This document shows, piece after piece, positions 45,736 through 58,208 of a stretch of 64,000 nucleotides of DNA. The notes beneath the pieces are model-generated. The model made no database searches and was not told the DNA's origin. It saw only the letters and a program-made list of their open reading frames with translations. The stretch spans positions 62,001-126,000 of the forward strand of contig CDMY01000269.1 in NCBI GenBank assembly GCA_001179505.1, in the 5' to 3' direction. The DNA comes from Vitrella brassicaformis CCMP3155. Lineage: Eukaryota > Protista > Chromerida. The position numbers and the translations under genes are program-made. Position 1 is the stretch's first letter; every line of letters begins with the position of its first letter.

Positions 45736-48700
45736 TTATTTTTGCGCCGAGCCAGCGTGCTTTACTGCTGCGTGCGGCCGGAGGTCTGCCTTGTCCGCCT
45801 GCCTGCGTTTGTGATTGTAAGTAAAGGGGTGGAGGGGGGAGGGCGACGGCAGACGTTCACTCACTGCACGGGCGGCGCGGGGCGGGGCGCTGCTGGGTGG
45901 CCGCGATGTCGTCGCGATAATTGATAGAAGACAGGGGGGAATGTGTGGATGCGATGCGTGTGTGTGGCGGGTGGGGTGCGACAGTCCAAAGCCGTCGCAT
46001 CCGATCAGCCGATCCACTCACCCACCCACTTTTGCGTGACGATGATGGCCTGCCTGGGTGGGTGAGGGGGGATGCATGGCGTGGGTAGGTAGACTCATTC
46101 GGTGGACACGTATGTATTGCCAAGTGCCGCTTTCTTTTATCATTCGTGCGTGCGTGCGTGCACGTGTGTGTGGACCGACCGGTGTGCAGCAATGTGGTGC
46201 CTTATGCTCGCTCCCTCTCTCGACGTACGTGTGTGTGGATGTGTGTGAGAAGCGTGTACGGTTTTGCACTTGGCTGGCCGTTCGCATGGCTGGCTCCATC
46301 ACGCAGGTTTAATAAGCTCATTCCTTCCTTGATCGACCCACTGCATGCCGTCACAGGTACATGTATGTGTGTGTGTGTGTGTGTCTGTGTGTCCCCTCCA
46401 CACATGTAGTCATCGATACATAGATACATACATGTATGTGAGTGACCCATACATCCAATCGACTCGTTCGTTGCGTGGCCGGCCGGAATGCATGGACGAA
46501 CGGACAGATATGCATGCATGTCTCTCTCTCCCTGCGTGACATGACTGACTGAATACTCTCTTTCTTGCCGATACAAACACCTCTCACACACATCGATGTG
46601 ATGGACGGTCACGGACCATTCAGCACCTCCACTCTCTTCCGCAAATTTGCTCGCAGACTCTCAAGGTCCTCGTGGGACCGGTCAAAAAGCCGATTAATCG
46701 CCGCCCCATGCTTATCAATGTGCTCAGCCGCCCTCGCCTGCCAATCGTCCAGATCCCTCTCCGTCATGGTTTTCTTCATCCGCAGCCGACTCAGCGCCGC
46801 CCTCTCCGTCGCCACATCCACCTCCATGGTGCTGCTGTCTCTGTCTCCTTCTCTACACATTGACGTGATGTGATGCATCTCGGCCCGGCTGGCCAACGGG
46901 GGCAGACTGAGCCTCGATGGAGGCCCGCTGATTGGCAGAGGGAGGATGGACGGAGAGGAGTCGGGGGTCGAGACAGAGGGTGCGAGCCGTGCCAGGCTCA
47001 TGTCGACTTCGCTGGCCACGCTGCGTTGTGCCGTCGCCACCAGGGCATCGTAAGTGTTGGCCTCCCCCGCTGTGAAAGGGCTGATAGCCAGCGACTCACC
47101 CCCATAGTCATCAGCCTCTCCTCCGTCTCTCAGCTGCAGGGTCGCTGACGAGGCCGGCCGGCGGCCGTCATCCAGCGGCTGCGACGGGCTCCGCATGGTG
47201 GTATGGAACGCTGAAAAAGCAGAAGAGGCCGCCTCGTCCAGTGGCTCATCGTCAAGGTATTCCAGGTGGGGGAGGCGGGCCAACACAGCCATGAGGCTCT
47301 CGGAATCTGCAGACGACACATGAGGATGGTCGCTGCTCGGTGGGGCCTCGATGGCAGGGTGAGGCGCGGCATTGGTAATGGGGAGGGCGTCCTTTGAGGG
47401 GGAAAGGGGGTTTCCCTCCAGCCGCAGCTCACATAACCTGGCAAGAGTCTTCAGGGTGTCCAACGACTCCACATCTCGCAACCTGAGGACAAGACACAAC
47501 GAACGGCAAGGTGGATGTCTCCGACCGAGAGCAGCTGCCCTGACATGTTGTGTGAGAGGTCGAGTATCTCCACGTTTGGGGTTCTGTCTGCAAGGACCGT
47601 CAGCACGCCTCCATCCAGGCTGTTCCTGGCGAGTGACAGCTGCGTCAGCTCCGAGAGCAAGGGGAACGCGCGAAGGTCATGGTCCGATAGACAACACGAC
47701 TCGAGGAACAAGGTCTGAAAGGGGCGGGCAGCACAAGGTACGTATGAATGCACCCGTATAATATGTGTGATGCTGTCAGTGTATTGCTCACCTGCAGCTT
47801 GCTCAAGTGATCCAGGAAGAGGATAGGAGGAGGCTTAACGCGCACTCGTGTCGCCTTGCCCGTCCATGTCAGCGCAGCCCCGCCTGCACTCACATTGGTT
47901 CTCTGCAACTGGCCGCTGAGAGTACTGACTGATCTGCTGGCTGCTTCATTGCCGCTCTTCTGTGCCCTAAGTGAGGACAGCAGGTCTCTTATCGAGCCAC
48001 GAGCCACCATCCTGGTCCTGACAGATGGAGAGGTGGAAGTCTCGGTGGGCGGCTGCTCGACTGGGGGGCAAGGAATAGGCTGACCAAGGGGGTTGTGGCT
48101 GATGTCCAGCTCAGTCACATTTGCGAGGTTTGCAAAAGCGAAAGCGTCGACGGGTTTGTGCTCGCCGAGGCAGTTGGCGTCGAGATGAAGCGTCTCCAGC
48201 CGCCGCAGAGGCTGCAGCCCCTCCACCTGAGCTATCAGGTTGCCCGATATGAAGAGGTGTCTCAGCTTGAGGAGCTTCCCCAGGCCATCGATGTAGGTGA
48301 GGCGATTTCTGGAGAGGTTGAGAGACACGAGATTGATGAGTGTGTCGAGCCCGCTGATGGATTCGATGGCATTGTCGTCCATATCGAGGTGTGTGAGGCG
48401 TACGCACCCCTCCAGCCCCTGGATGCCACGAATCGAGTTCGCATAGAGCCGAAGCTCCGTCAGGGACGCCAGACGGCTGAGTGGCCGCATTATTGTCATG
48501 GGATCGGCTGGCTTTGCACCATCAGTCTCTGTCGTCGCAACATCAGATGGGGGCTCCGATGTCGATGTGTGGTCCTCAAAAGGGAGGTCATCAGCCAGAA
48601 GAGACGACAGATTGTTGCACGACAGGTTGAGCGAGCGCAGAGAGGGGCCGTATCGCGACGCCAGCAAGGAGAGGCCGTCAACCCTGTCGATGAAATGGAA

Positions 48701-49212
48701 GCTGAGGTCCATCTTCAACGCTCCATCACGATCTCTCTTGGCCTTGACGGCGCCATTCTTCGTATCCTCCTTCTTTGTGGCCTCCTTTTCACCCTTAGGC
48801 TCCTCTTGATCTGTTGAAAGGAAGGACTCGGATGGCTCGCCAACGTCATCCAGATCCATCTCCACCGTGCTGTCGTCCCTCTCATCGACGGAATCACCAG
48901 CCTTTGCAGGGATCTCATCAATTGCTCCATCGGTGCGGCGGAAAGAGGGTGACTCAGCTCGGTGGAGAAAAGATACGGACCGCTCCTGCAGACAATGATG
49001 GGCAAATGACTGCATGCAGCGTCTGTGTGAACGCATTATCTCACCAGCAGGGCCTCGTCAATCTCCGGCGGCTTCCCCTCCCATCTCTTGCTCTCCGAGA
49101 GATGTGCGGCCGTGCGGTCGGAGGAGGCCAGCGAAGTGGAATCGCCCCATCTCTCAAGCAGGCTCTTGCTTGGGCCTGCAGGAGGGCGCGTTTTCACCTC
49201 GGAAGTTGCCAT
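45736..49212 (-). CDS. SDS22-type leucine-rich repeat protein with C-terminal coiled coil
   Basis: ATG at 49212. Repeats LTELRLYANSIRGIQGL, LTHLDMDDNAIESISGL, LVSLNLSRNRLTYIDGL, LRHLFISGNLIAQVEGL and an LRR cap (LCELRLEGNPL). The unspliced frame stops at 46609; probable small further exons run to TAA 45736, so the 3' end is uncertain. Confidence 0.8.
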
Positions 49213-49298
49213 TCTCTCGGTTGAGACGCCGAGGCCCCCAGTCCGTGGGGGCTCCTTTCCCTTCCCCCCCTCTCTCCCCTCCTCGGTCGGCCACAATC

Positions 49299-52200
49299 AT
49301 GTCTGGAGGTGTGATCAGGCCGAATGACCCCACTGTGGAGGACAAGATTCTCGGTTAGCGGCGATTGTCACACATTACACGTCAAGGCGCCACAATGAAT
49401 GTGTTCTTCGTCTGTTGGCAGGCCAGGGCGGGGAAGGAACGGTGTACAGGGGTGTGTGGCGAAGTCCAGATGGAAATATTTCTGTGGCTGTCAAGACATT
49501 CAAAGCCAACGAGGAGCTTGACGAGGGAGTACGGCTACAGAGCCCTATAGCTTTCCATCATGACGCCCGCGTGTGCGTGTGTGCGTCACGGTGTGCAGTC
49601 ACAGTTCATGGAGGTGCTGGAGGAGTTCCTTCCGATGCTCCCCCTTTGTCACCCCAACATAGTGAGGGTGCATGGTGTCTGCAAACACGACAAATACGGC
49701 CTCGTCATCGTCACAGGTGACAATCCTTCGCTTCATCCAGCTCCCTACGTGTCGTTTGTCCTTCTCAGAGTTGTGTACGGGCGGCTCTCTGGCCTCCTAT
49801 CTGGCCAAGCATGGAGCCCCACCGCCGGAGCGGCGCGATAGGTTCATGAGAGAGGTGCATGACGCACAGAAAGAGAGTGTCGTCTGTGTCTCTCTATAAG
49901 TGTGTGCGTGGATGTCAGATATGTGAAGGTGTCCAGTACTTGCATGATAAGAAGATCATCCACGGTGACTTGAAGCCCGAAAATATACTGGTCTCAGCAC
50001 ATCACTCACGCATTACTCGATCAAAACAGGTTCCTGTTGTCGCCCGTACTTGTCAGCTGACGGAGGGTCTCGTCATCAAAATATTGGATTTCGGGATAAG
50101 CCGGGGCGCTGAGAGAAAAACCACTGTGACTACAGGTATCCGTAGAAAGTGGAGGATGCGAACGTCGCCGCACAGGTGCTTGCGCTGCAGTTGCTGGAAC
50201 CTTCTACTATATGCCTCCCGAGGGCATCGAACCGGAGTGTAAGCATGCCGAGATAAGATGAGCTCCTGGGATCACTGTGTCTGGTGCATTCATAGTGGGA
50301 AAACTGACGACGAAAGCTGACATTTGGGCTGTTGGCGGCGTCGCGATTGAGCTACACGGAGGTAAGAGATAAGAAAGAGCGCAGCTCAAATGCAAGACGG
50401 ACCGTATTTGATTCAGGCCGGCGGCCCTTCGAAGGCTTTGGGCCGGCACAAATTCTCCACAAGGTCGTCAACAAGAAGGAGGTGAGATGCCATCACCTCT
50501 GCTTTCAACTTATCAGACTGACTCGGCCCGTAAAAGTCCTGCATCGGCCTTCCTTTTTATCAGATTCCTGACATCCCGCAATCCTTGCTCCCGCATATCA
50601 AGAACGCCATCAAGGCATGCCGAATAAGTTCACAGCATCCGTCTCCTTACTGTCTCTCTCCATGGTGATCAGAGTTGTTTCATCTTCAAAGCGGCCAATC
50701 GGCCAACAGCCACACAGGTCGTATGAACTTTCATCAAGGGTGAGAAACGCTGGGGCTCACTGGGGCTCACATACTCGGTGCGTGTACGTTTCAGTTTCTC
50801 GATAAACTGGGGCTGTCTCGTTCGATGTCAAGCGGACAGCCGACGGATACGACTGAGGAACCGCCGACGAGCCCATGGGAATGGCTATTCGGCGGAAAGG
50901 CCAAGCGACAAGGTCCATCTACAGTATATGCATGTTCTTCGATAGATGGTCTCATTCTTGATTTCAGATGCCCTCTCACTTCCTGCGGCTCGCGGTTCAC
51001 TCGGGAATGTGTCTCCCGCCGGCCATTCATCGGCTAGCCGCATGAGCATGGCCAGCACCATGCCAGGGCCGCCCAGCACTGCGTCTCCCTCTCAGTCGCC
51101 CATTGAGGGAAAGGTGAGTGAGACGGGCAGGCAGGCTTTCCATCCCACATGTATCTGCACAATCACGTGATGTGTCGGAGTGTGGTGGTGTGCATGTGTC
51201 AGTTGGGGTCTACTACGTCCACCACGGCTCCTCCAACTCGCTACTACGGTATGAGGGATGGAGATCAGCAGAGATCTGACGGCATCTGTGGACAGACAGG
51301 CGGGAAAGCGTGTCGGGAAGCCAGCTACGATTGCCAACTGTGTCAACTGTGTGTGTATGGTGTCCTTTCCCTTGTTTTTTCCTCAGTTGATCCGTCGTCT
51401 GCAGGTTTCAGCCACGGCACGTACCCGTCACCGTACGGCATGCCGCTTGGTCCGCACGGGTACCCAGGTGGTCCGTATGGCTACCCGGCCTACCCGCCGG
51501 TACCAGGCCAGTACTATGCCCCCGGGGCCGGCCAGTACTATGCGCCGGGGGCGGCTGGCGTTGCTCCCACAGTGTATGGTGGGCCCGGTGGTCACACTCA
51601 GGCGGTGCTGCCCGCTGAGCATGCCAAGGGGGGCGAGGCGGACGAGCCCAACAGTCACATTCAGGTGGTGCTCCCTGGTGAAGATGCCGAGGGGGGCGAG
51701 GCGGACGACGATGAGGGCGGCAGGAGGACAGGAGGGCCGGCGAAAGGCGGCAAACTCAGCGCTGAGGAGAAGGTATGTAAGTGGTATGTATACGTACGGT
51801 CCCGTAGGTGTGTTGTGTGGCTGAGTGTCTGTTGTGGGCGGGCAGAAGGATGAGAAGGCTCGTCTGCAGCGGGTTGTCAAGGACTTCGCAAAGGTACTGA
51901 CTTACTGACTGTCACGCATTCGTGTGTGCGAAGAGGTCATTAGACAATCAGGCCTGTGTGTGTCTCGTCTCGTCGTCCTGTGTCTCTCTGTGTGCATTTG
52001 TGTGTCGGTCAGGATGCCGTCGGGGGGATGGAGATGACGGTCATAGACCTCGACGGTACACAGGCACAGGCCCGCCCAGGAGTGTCCAAAGTTCACCCTC
52101 TGGATGAGTGTGCAGGGAGGAAGTTCAGGACTCTCTTCCAAATGGACAGCTACCTCCAGGTAAGCCAGCCACTCACAACACAACAGACAACCCCACTGCA

Positions 52201-52772
52201 GTGCAGCCACTGTCTGTGCGATGGCCTGTCCGTCCGTAGTACTTCACGTTCGAGCCGGTCAAGGGCGAGGCTGTGCCAGAACACATGAGGAAGATCGAAA
52301 TGAAATCGGTGGGTGCGGCGCGGGAGGACGTGGGGACAGATCCTGTCTATGTCGGTATGCGCGTGTGTGCATGTACTCAGGTCGACAGTGTGTACAGGGA
52401 CAGCAAGGTCATGAAGAAGAAACCCAACTTCCCCTTCCCCGAAGACGCACCACACTGTGTCGGTAAGATGCCCATCAAATACTTCCCCCCATCCATGTGT
52501 GTGTATGTGTGTGCGTAGGATTCGAGACTCGTGGGGGTAGGGTCAAGTTATTTTTCCTTATCCCCGAGGAGGATGCCCGGGACAACTTCTACACATGTTT
52601 CAAAGTACTCAGGTGAGGACACACTCACACACAGAGGGAGACAGGCAGGAAGGGCGGCGTAGTCATGTCAGCCAGAGAGAAAGAGCCAGCCGCCAGCTAA
52701 CGAGTGGGTGGGAGAAGACACACATGACTGTTTTCTGGCAGACTCAGCGTGGAGGTCAAGAAGCAGTCGTAA
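49299..52772 (+). CDS. Ser/Thr (TKL-like, non-RD) protein kinase fused through a Pro/Gly/Tyr-rich linker to a C-terminal PH-like domain
   Basis: ILG|QGGEGTVY, VAVK, HPNIVRVHG, HGDLKPEN, DFG, GTFYYMPPE, DIWAVG and SCFIFKAANRPTATQ|FLDKL continue in frame into MSSGQ... and KARLQRVVKDFAK|DAVGG...LFQMDSYLQ|YFTF...DARDNFYTCFKVL|RLSVEVKKQS*. Stop TAA at 52770-52772. Confidence 0.75.
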
Positions 52773-53203
52773 CAATTGGTGCCCTATTCTTCCAGCTGAC
52801 AGGATTTTGGTCGGTACGTGTATGTCATGTGATTGTGAACGATCAGGAGGCAGTGAGACAGGCCGGTAAGACCACCGAAACTTAGATACTCAATGTGTCC
52901 TCTGCCTTCTCGCGCCATGTCACTGCTATCAGAATCATGCGCTCTGATACAGCCATGCAACACGGCACAGAAAGCCGGCAAAAAAGGCTTAACACATAGT
53001 CTTGTCGCTCACAAGCATTACACACTCTGATTAAGCCGTCCATTCATTCATTCAGACTATGCAAGTATGCACTGTTTTGTCAAGCAGATCTAGCCCAGCT
53101 CGAACGTTGTCACACCGTACCTACACACACAGCAAAGTACAGCAGCAACAGCCATCAGAGAGAGGCGGGGAGCTGCAGAGAGAGACCGACGTGAGCTGTC
53201 TGA

Positions 53204-54471
53204 CTATCCCAGGGTTGTTGTGGTCAGGCCATACCTGACGCATACACACAGCACACACGAAGAGTATCCATCCACCATACGAGAAGCGCCAAGCCACCCA
53301 CCCACTCACCATTTGTTGAGGCCGCCATTGAGGTGACTGACTTCGCTGCCGTCCGAGTGCTGCGGTTTGAGATACATCCGGCTGGTGCGGAACACCTCAC
53401 CCATCCCGTACCTGAACAGGGACGATCAGACATCGTCATGCTCGAATGAGGCGCTTCTCAACGTGGGCCTACGTGTCTGGCAGGTGATGGCTGTGTGGGT
53501 TCTTGTCGGTGTCAATGCAGTCCAGGTAGACGGGAATGGTCGATGAGCCACCTGCAGGCGACAGACAAACATGAAAGAACGGAAAACGGCCCCTGCTGTC
53601 TGTCGCGGCGCTGCTGCCCACCTGACAACTCTTTGGCCTTGCTGTCCTTGACGAGGTCCACAGCGGCGCCGAACAGCGCCTCAGCAGTGGGCAAGCCGTC
53701 AGCGAATAAAGGGCCAACTTTGAACCCGCGGAAGCACTCGCGAATCACGATATAGCCCTCAATGTTGCCATCGTTGGCTCGATGGATGAAGCACGCATTG
53801 TTCTTGACCCACGGCAGCAGGAAGCTCCGCCGGCCGCAGCCGAACACCGCTGCGTCATAAGCCACCAGCTGATCAAACACAGCCGCGTCATCAGCCGACA
53901 GCCGGCTCACGCCGCTGGCTGACGCGTCATCCCTCTCGATGACTGTGGTCGATGTCACCCTGAGCTCATAGCGGACCGACGAGAAGGCCACCTCAAAGCC
54001 GCTCTTTGCGTATCTGTCTCTCTGCTCGACCACCGCATCGAGTCCGAAGACGACATCAGAGCCGCCGTCACGCTGGCGGCCGTGCTCCAGTGCACCGTTC
54101 CACAGTGCTGCCCCGATGCCCTTGCGACGATGCTCCTGGGCAACGATGAAGAAACCGAGGAAGCAGTAGCGGAATGGGCGGCCGTCTGTCGTTGTGAGTG
54201 GGTACTGGACACACGAGATGCAGCCGATGGGGACGGTGCCTGGATTGGGAGACTTGGACTCGGCGACAATGTAGCCCTCGCTGTCAGTCGCGAGGAAGGC
54301 GGACGCGTCGGACAAACCAGGATTCCTGCGTTCGACAAGTGAATTGACATGCGTCGCAACAACTTAGATCTGCGATTGCTTTGGCTCTTACCATCCCTCC
54401 TGCCGTGCCATCTCGACACAGAACTGCACCTCAGCATCGCCCTTCATCAAACGCAAGGCCAGCGCTTGCAT
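53204..54471 (-). CDS. Two-domain GNAT acetyltransferase (bacterial YitH-like)
   Basis: MQALALRLMKGDAEVQFCVEMARQEGW|NPGLSDA, FLGFFIVAQEHRRKGIGAALW (acetyl-CoA motif A), GLDAVVEQRDRYAKSGF, GFKVGPLFAD, RTSRMY, W|YGLTTTTLG*. An alternative ATG lies at 54495. Confidence 0.88.
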
Positions 54472-54640
54472 GCCCTCAACAGATCTTGGAAACATTGGAA
54501 TGGACCAAAAATGATCAAGCCACCACCCCGAGGCTTCCACAGGCTTCTGGGATGCCGGAAGCCTCAGAAGCAGACGCGAGCTTTTCAGTTGGATCGACAG
54601 ATCTGCACTCGCGACGGAAAGGCCGGGAGGAAGAACGCAA

Positions 54641-55678
54641 ATGAGGAGCGCACTGCTGCAGATTGTGAACGCCGCTTGTGCGGCAACGAGTCTTCGACTG
54701 CTTCTCGCTCTGCCGGCTGCCTCTATTGCGTCCCATGGCAGCCAGTCGCATCTCCCATCGACAGCCCTCACCCCTGCATTCACACCGTCTTTACTGAGGA
54801 GAAGCATCCCTGGCCATGAGGCGGCGATGCCATCTGCGATGACACAGCGGCGCCGGTGTGTGCGGATGAACGTGTTGACGGATCTATGGGGAGGCTATCT
54901 GAGCAGCCTGGACGCCCAGCCGCTGCTCACCAAGTGCCTCACCAGCGGCGTCATCCTGCCAGCCGCAGACATCGCAGCACAGGTGTGTGCATACGGCCGA
55001 GGCGATACAACACCCATGTGAGCTTGTCGTCGATATGGTGCCTCTTTGTTCACTGCAGTTGATCGAGAAGCGCGGAGATCCATCAGCGCCACGCGGCATT
55101 GACTTCACCCGCACCTCCCGATGGCTGGCGGCCGGCTTCCTCCTCCACGCCCCATGGAACCACTACTGGTACAACTTTCTCGACGCCCGTGTGCCGCCGC
55201 CCACCGAGCCGCTGAGCGGCATCAATTTCTTGAGGCTGGCGTTGGATCAGTTCCTGCAGGCGCCCGTCTTCACGGCCCTCTTCTTCGCTGGTCAGTGCAA
55301 AGGACATAGAGAAGGCAGAATGACGACTCTCGTGTCATTTGTGTGTGTGTGACATTGTGTGTGCAGTGCTGCAGCTGCTGGAGGGCGCTAACACTCAGGG
55401 CGTGCGGGACAAGCTGAGCCGAGACTGGTGGAGCACCATGAAGACCAACTGGGTGGTGTGGCTGCCCGCGTCCTTCATCAACCTGGCCTTCGTGCCGACT
55501 GCTCTCAAGCTGCTGTACGTCAACGTGGTGAGCCGGCATGGCGTGAGGAGGGCAAGAGCCGACCGAAGCCGCACACTGTGATTCTCTGGTGTCTGTGTGT
55601 TGTCAGGTGTTCTACTTTTGGTCTATATTCCTGTCGATTGTGGCCAACAGAGATGTAGAGCCGCAGAAACAGACATGA
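54641..55678 (+). CDS. Mpv17/PMP22-family membrane protein with probable plastid leader
   Basis: YLSSLDAQPLLTKCLTSG..ADIAAQ, DFTRTSRW, HYWYNFLD, LALDQFLQAPVF, NWVVWLPASFINLAFVP...LYVNV|VFYFWSIFLS. N-terminal hydrophobic/Ser-rich extension containing 'PAFTP'. Confidence 0.9.
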
Positions 55679-56553
55679 GAGAGACTCGTGCCGGTGGTCT
55701 GATGGTAAGTACTGCTCTCGCCCCCTTGGTGTTTTGCGTCTGTATCATGTCGTCCGTCACGATGGTGGACACAGTGGCATCCAGTCTGTGTGTCGCCTGC
55801 GTGGACGGGGGGAGGTTCAGATGCGGACACAAAGGGGCAAGAGCGCCGGGTGCCTAGGGGGTGTATGTGCGAGAGTTTCCATGACAGCTCAAGTACATAT
55901 GAGTGACGTGCTCATGACGGGTTTTTCGGTCTCTGTTCCTTCATTGATGTGTGTTACGCTACACGCGACGATGTCGCCGACATACATACATGTAACCTGT
56001 CTGTCTTCCAGCCTGCCTGTTAAGGTGGGGTGCGGTGTGAGCAAGTTACATATGCTCGACTACCCGGCCCAGTCGCCAGTCTTGACTAAAGTGCTGCACA
56101 CACCACACCACACTTCACCACACTACACTACCTGCAGACATTCATACGTACACGTAGATGGCATGACTAACTAATTGCATTGCACGCACCCATCAGTGCG
56201 ACTAAACACGCACTCGTCATAATAGAAAGGTATTATGGCTTCCATCATCTCGCTGACTGACACGGACTAAACTCACACACATGCATGGGGGCCGAAAAGT
56301 TGTGTTACACCTTTCACTCACTCACTCACTGACGTCAGGTAGGCCGGTCAGTCCGTCGCTGTGTCGGTCGGTCGGTCGCTTGGTCGACGGATGGACAAAT
56401 GATGATCTGCACACGTAACCATATTTGGTCGGTCACAGCCATCGCACGCTCACACTCTCACGCACACATACACGCATCCACGCACCCCCAACCACCCCAC
56501 CAATCCCTATTGCGGGAACCAAAGAAAAAAACAAAACACCCCACATGCACCCA

Positions 56554-56853
56554 NNNNNNNNNNNNNNNNNNNNNNNNNNNNNNNNNNNNNNNNNNNNNNN
56601 NNNNNNNNNNNNNNNNNNNNNNNNNNNNNNNNNNNNNNNNNNNNNNNNNNNNNNNNNNNNNNNNNNNNNNNNNNNNNNNNNNNNNNNNNNNNNNNNNNNN
56701 NNNNNNNNNNNNNNNNNNNNNNNNNNNNNNNNNNNNNNNNNNNNNNNNNNNNNNNNNNNNNNNNNNNNNNNNNNNNNNNNNNNNNNNNNNNNNNNNNNNN
56801 NNNNNNNNNNNNNNNNNNNNNNNNNNNNNNNNNNNNNNNNNNNNNNNNNNNNN
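56554..56853. other. Assembly gap
   Basis: 300 N. Confidence 1.
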
Positions 56854-56933
56854 CCCCTCCCCCCACCGCCTCCAATGCCACCAATCAATCCGATTAATCA
56901 GTCCATCAGTCAACCAATCAGTCAGTCAGTCAG

Positions 56934-58040
56934 TCACTCCCCTTCGCTTCTCCGCCTGCCTTTTCTCCTAAGGCTGATGCCCGACAGGCGCGTCTTCTCC
57001 AACCAGGACCCCAGCTTGGCCAGCGCCGCCTCCCTCTCGCTGCAGGCCGCCCGGCCGTGCCGCCCGTCGTCACGGCGCACTATCCGGAACTTCCCGGCGC
57101 GCGTCACCTCCTGCACCGAGCCCTCCTTGGCCGTGGCCGCCTCGTCCATATTGGCCGTCTCGGTGCTGCGTGTGGTGGGCATCTCGCGTGGTGGCGACCG
57201 GTTGACCAGGTTCTCTTCCTCGACGTCGGTCACGTTAGGCGAGGCCTCGATGAAGGTGATGCCGCGAATGAACTGCGTGAGGGCCGGGGGGGAGCCGTCG
57301 GATGACGGCGAGCGGCCATTCAGCCGGGACAAGATGGACAGCGCCTCTCGCTGAAGGCTGAGGTTCTCCTCGAGCAAGTCGTGGTATCTGACACGCTTTG
57401 TGGCGTCGCTGTCACCGTCCTCTCCCTCTCCCTCTCCGTCGGCCATGTCATGCTGCTCCTGCTGCAGTGCGTGCCGGTGTGTGTGGTGGGGCTGCTTGTC
57501 GGACGGCTGTCCGGCCGCCTCGTCTTCGGGCGGTGTGATGCCCTGCCGTGTGGGGCTCTCGAGGATGGCCGCTAGATCACTGGCCTGCCCCACCTCCAGC
57601 CTTAATGCATTCTGAATGATGTTCCGCTGCCGCTGGACATGCGACTGAAACCGACGAACAGAAACACATGACCAGTGCCAGGGTCTGTGCAAAGGGGTGC
57701 GTCATACCACGAGCAGTTTCTTCTCTGCCTCTAGCCTCCGTATCTCGCTGTCCTGATACTCCAACAACCTCTGCCAGATGTCAACCTGCAGAACACAATG
57801 CCGGCACACACACGCGCACAACTGTTGTGTTCTCAATGCGCCTTTGTGTGCCGTATTAGTCACCTGGCTTCTCAACGCCTCAACTTCATCCTTTAGTCGG
57901 ATCCTCTCGAGCAGCTGCCTCCGCTCTCTCTCCTGCCTCTTGTCGTTGCCTGAACTGCTGGAACTCCGTGACGCCTGGCTATCTGACGGAGGACTGTCCA
58001 GCGGCCGACGTATAATAGAGCCGGACGTAGAGATAAGCAT
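56934..58040 (-). CDS. Coiled-coil protein of unknown function (3' end uncertain, may continue past the gap)
   Basis: ATG at 58040. Heptad-rich exons (ERERRQLLERIRLKDEVEALRSQ, WQRLLEYQDSEIRRLEAEK, YHDLLEENLSLQREALSIL) with GT-AG junctions. Confidence 0.55.
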
Positions 58041-58208
58041 CAGCAGTCAGCGCCTTGAGATTTTCTTCTTGCTATCTGCGAGCTAAGCGTTCCGAGCTAC
58101 TTCGAATTTTCCCCGGCGCCATTCGCCGAGAAGACGAGCACACGCAGCAGCGCGTTGAGTGTGTTCAACGATTCCATCGTCATTTGTCGAGATCCATCAA
58201 CCTGAAAG

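Noticed and set aside
55860-56550. Continuation of the coiled-coil gene or an ncRNA
   Set aside because: Candidate exons hit stops in all frames tried, and no RNA-family motif was recognised.
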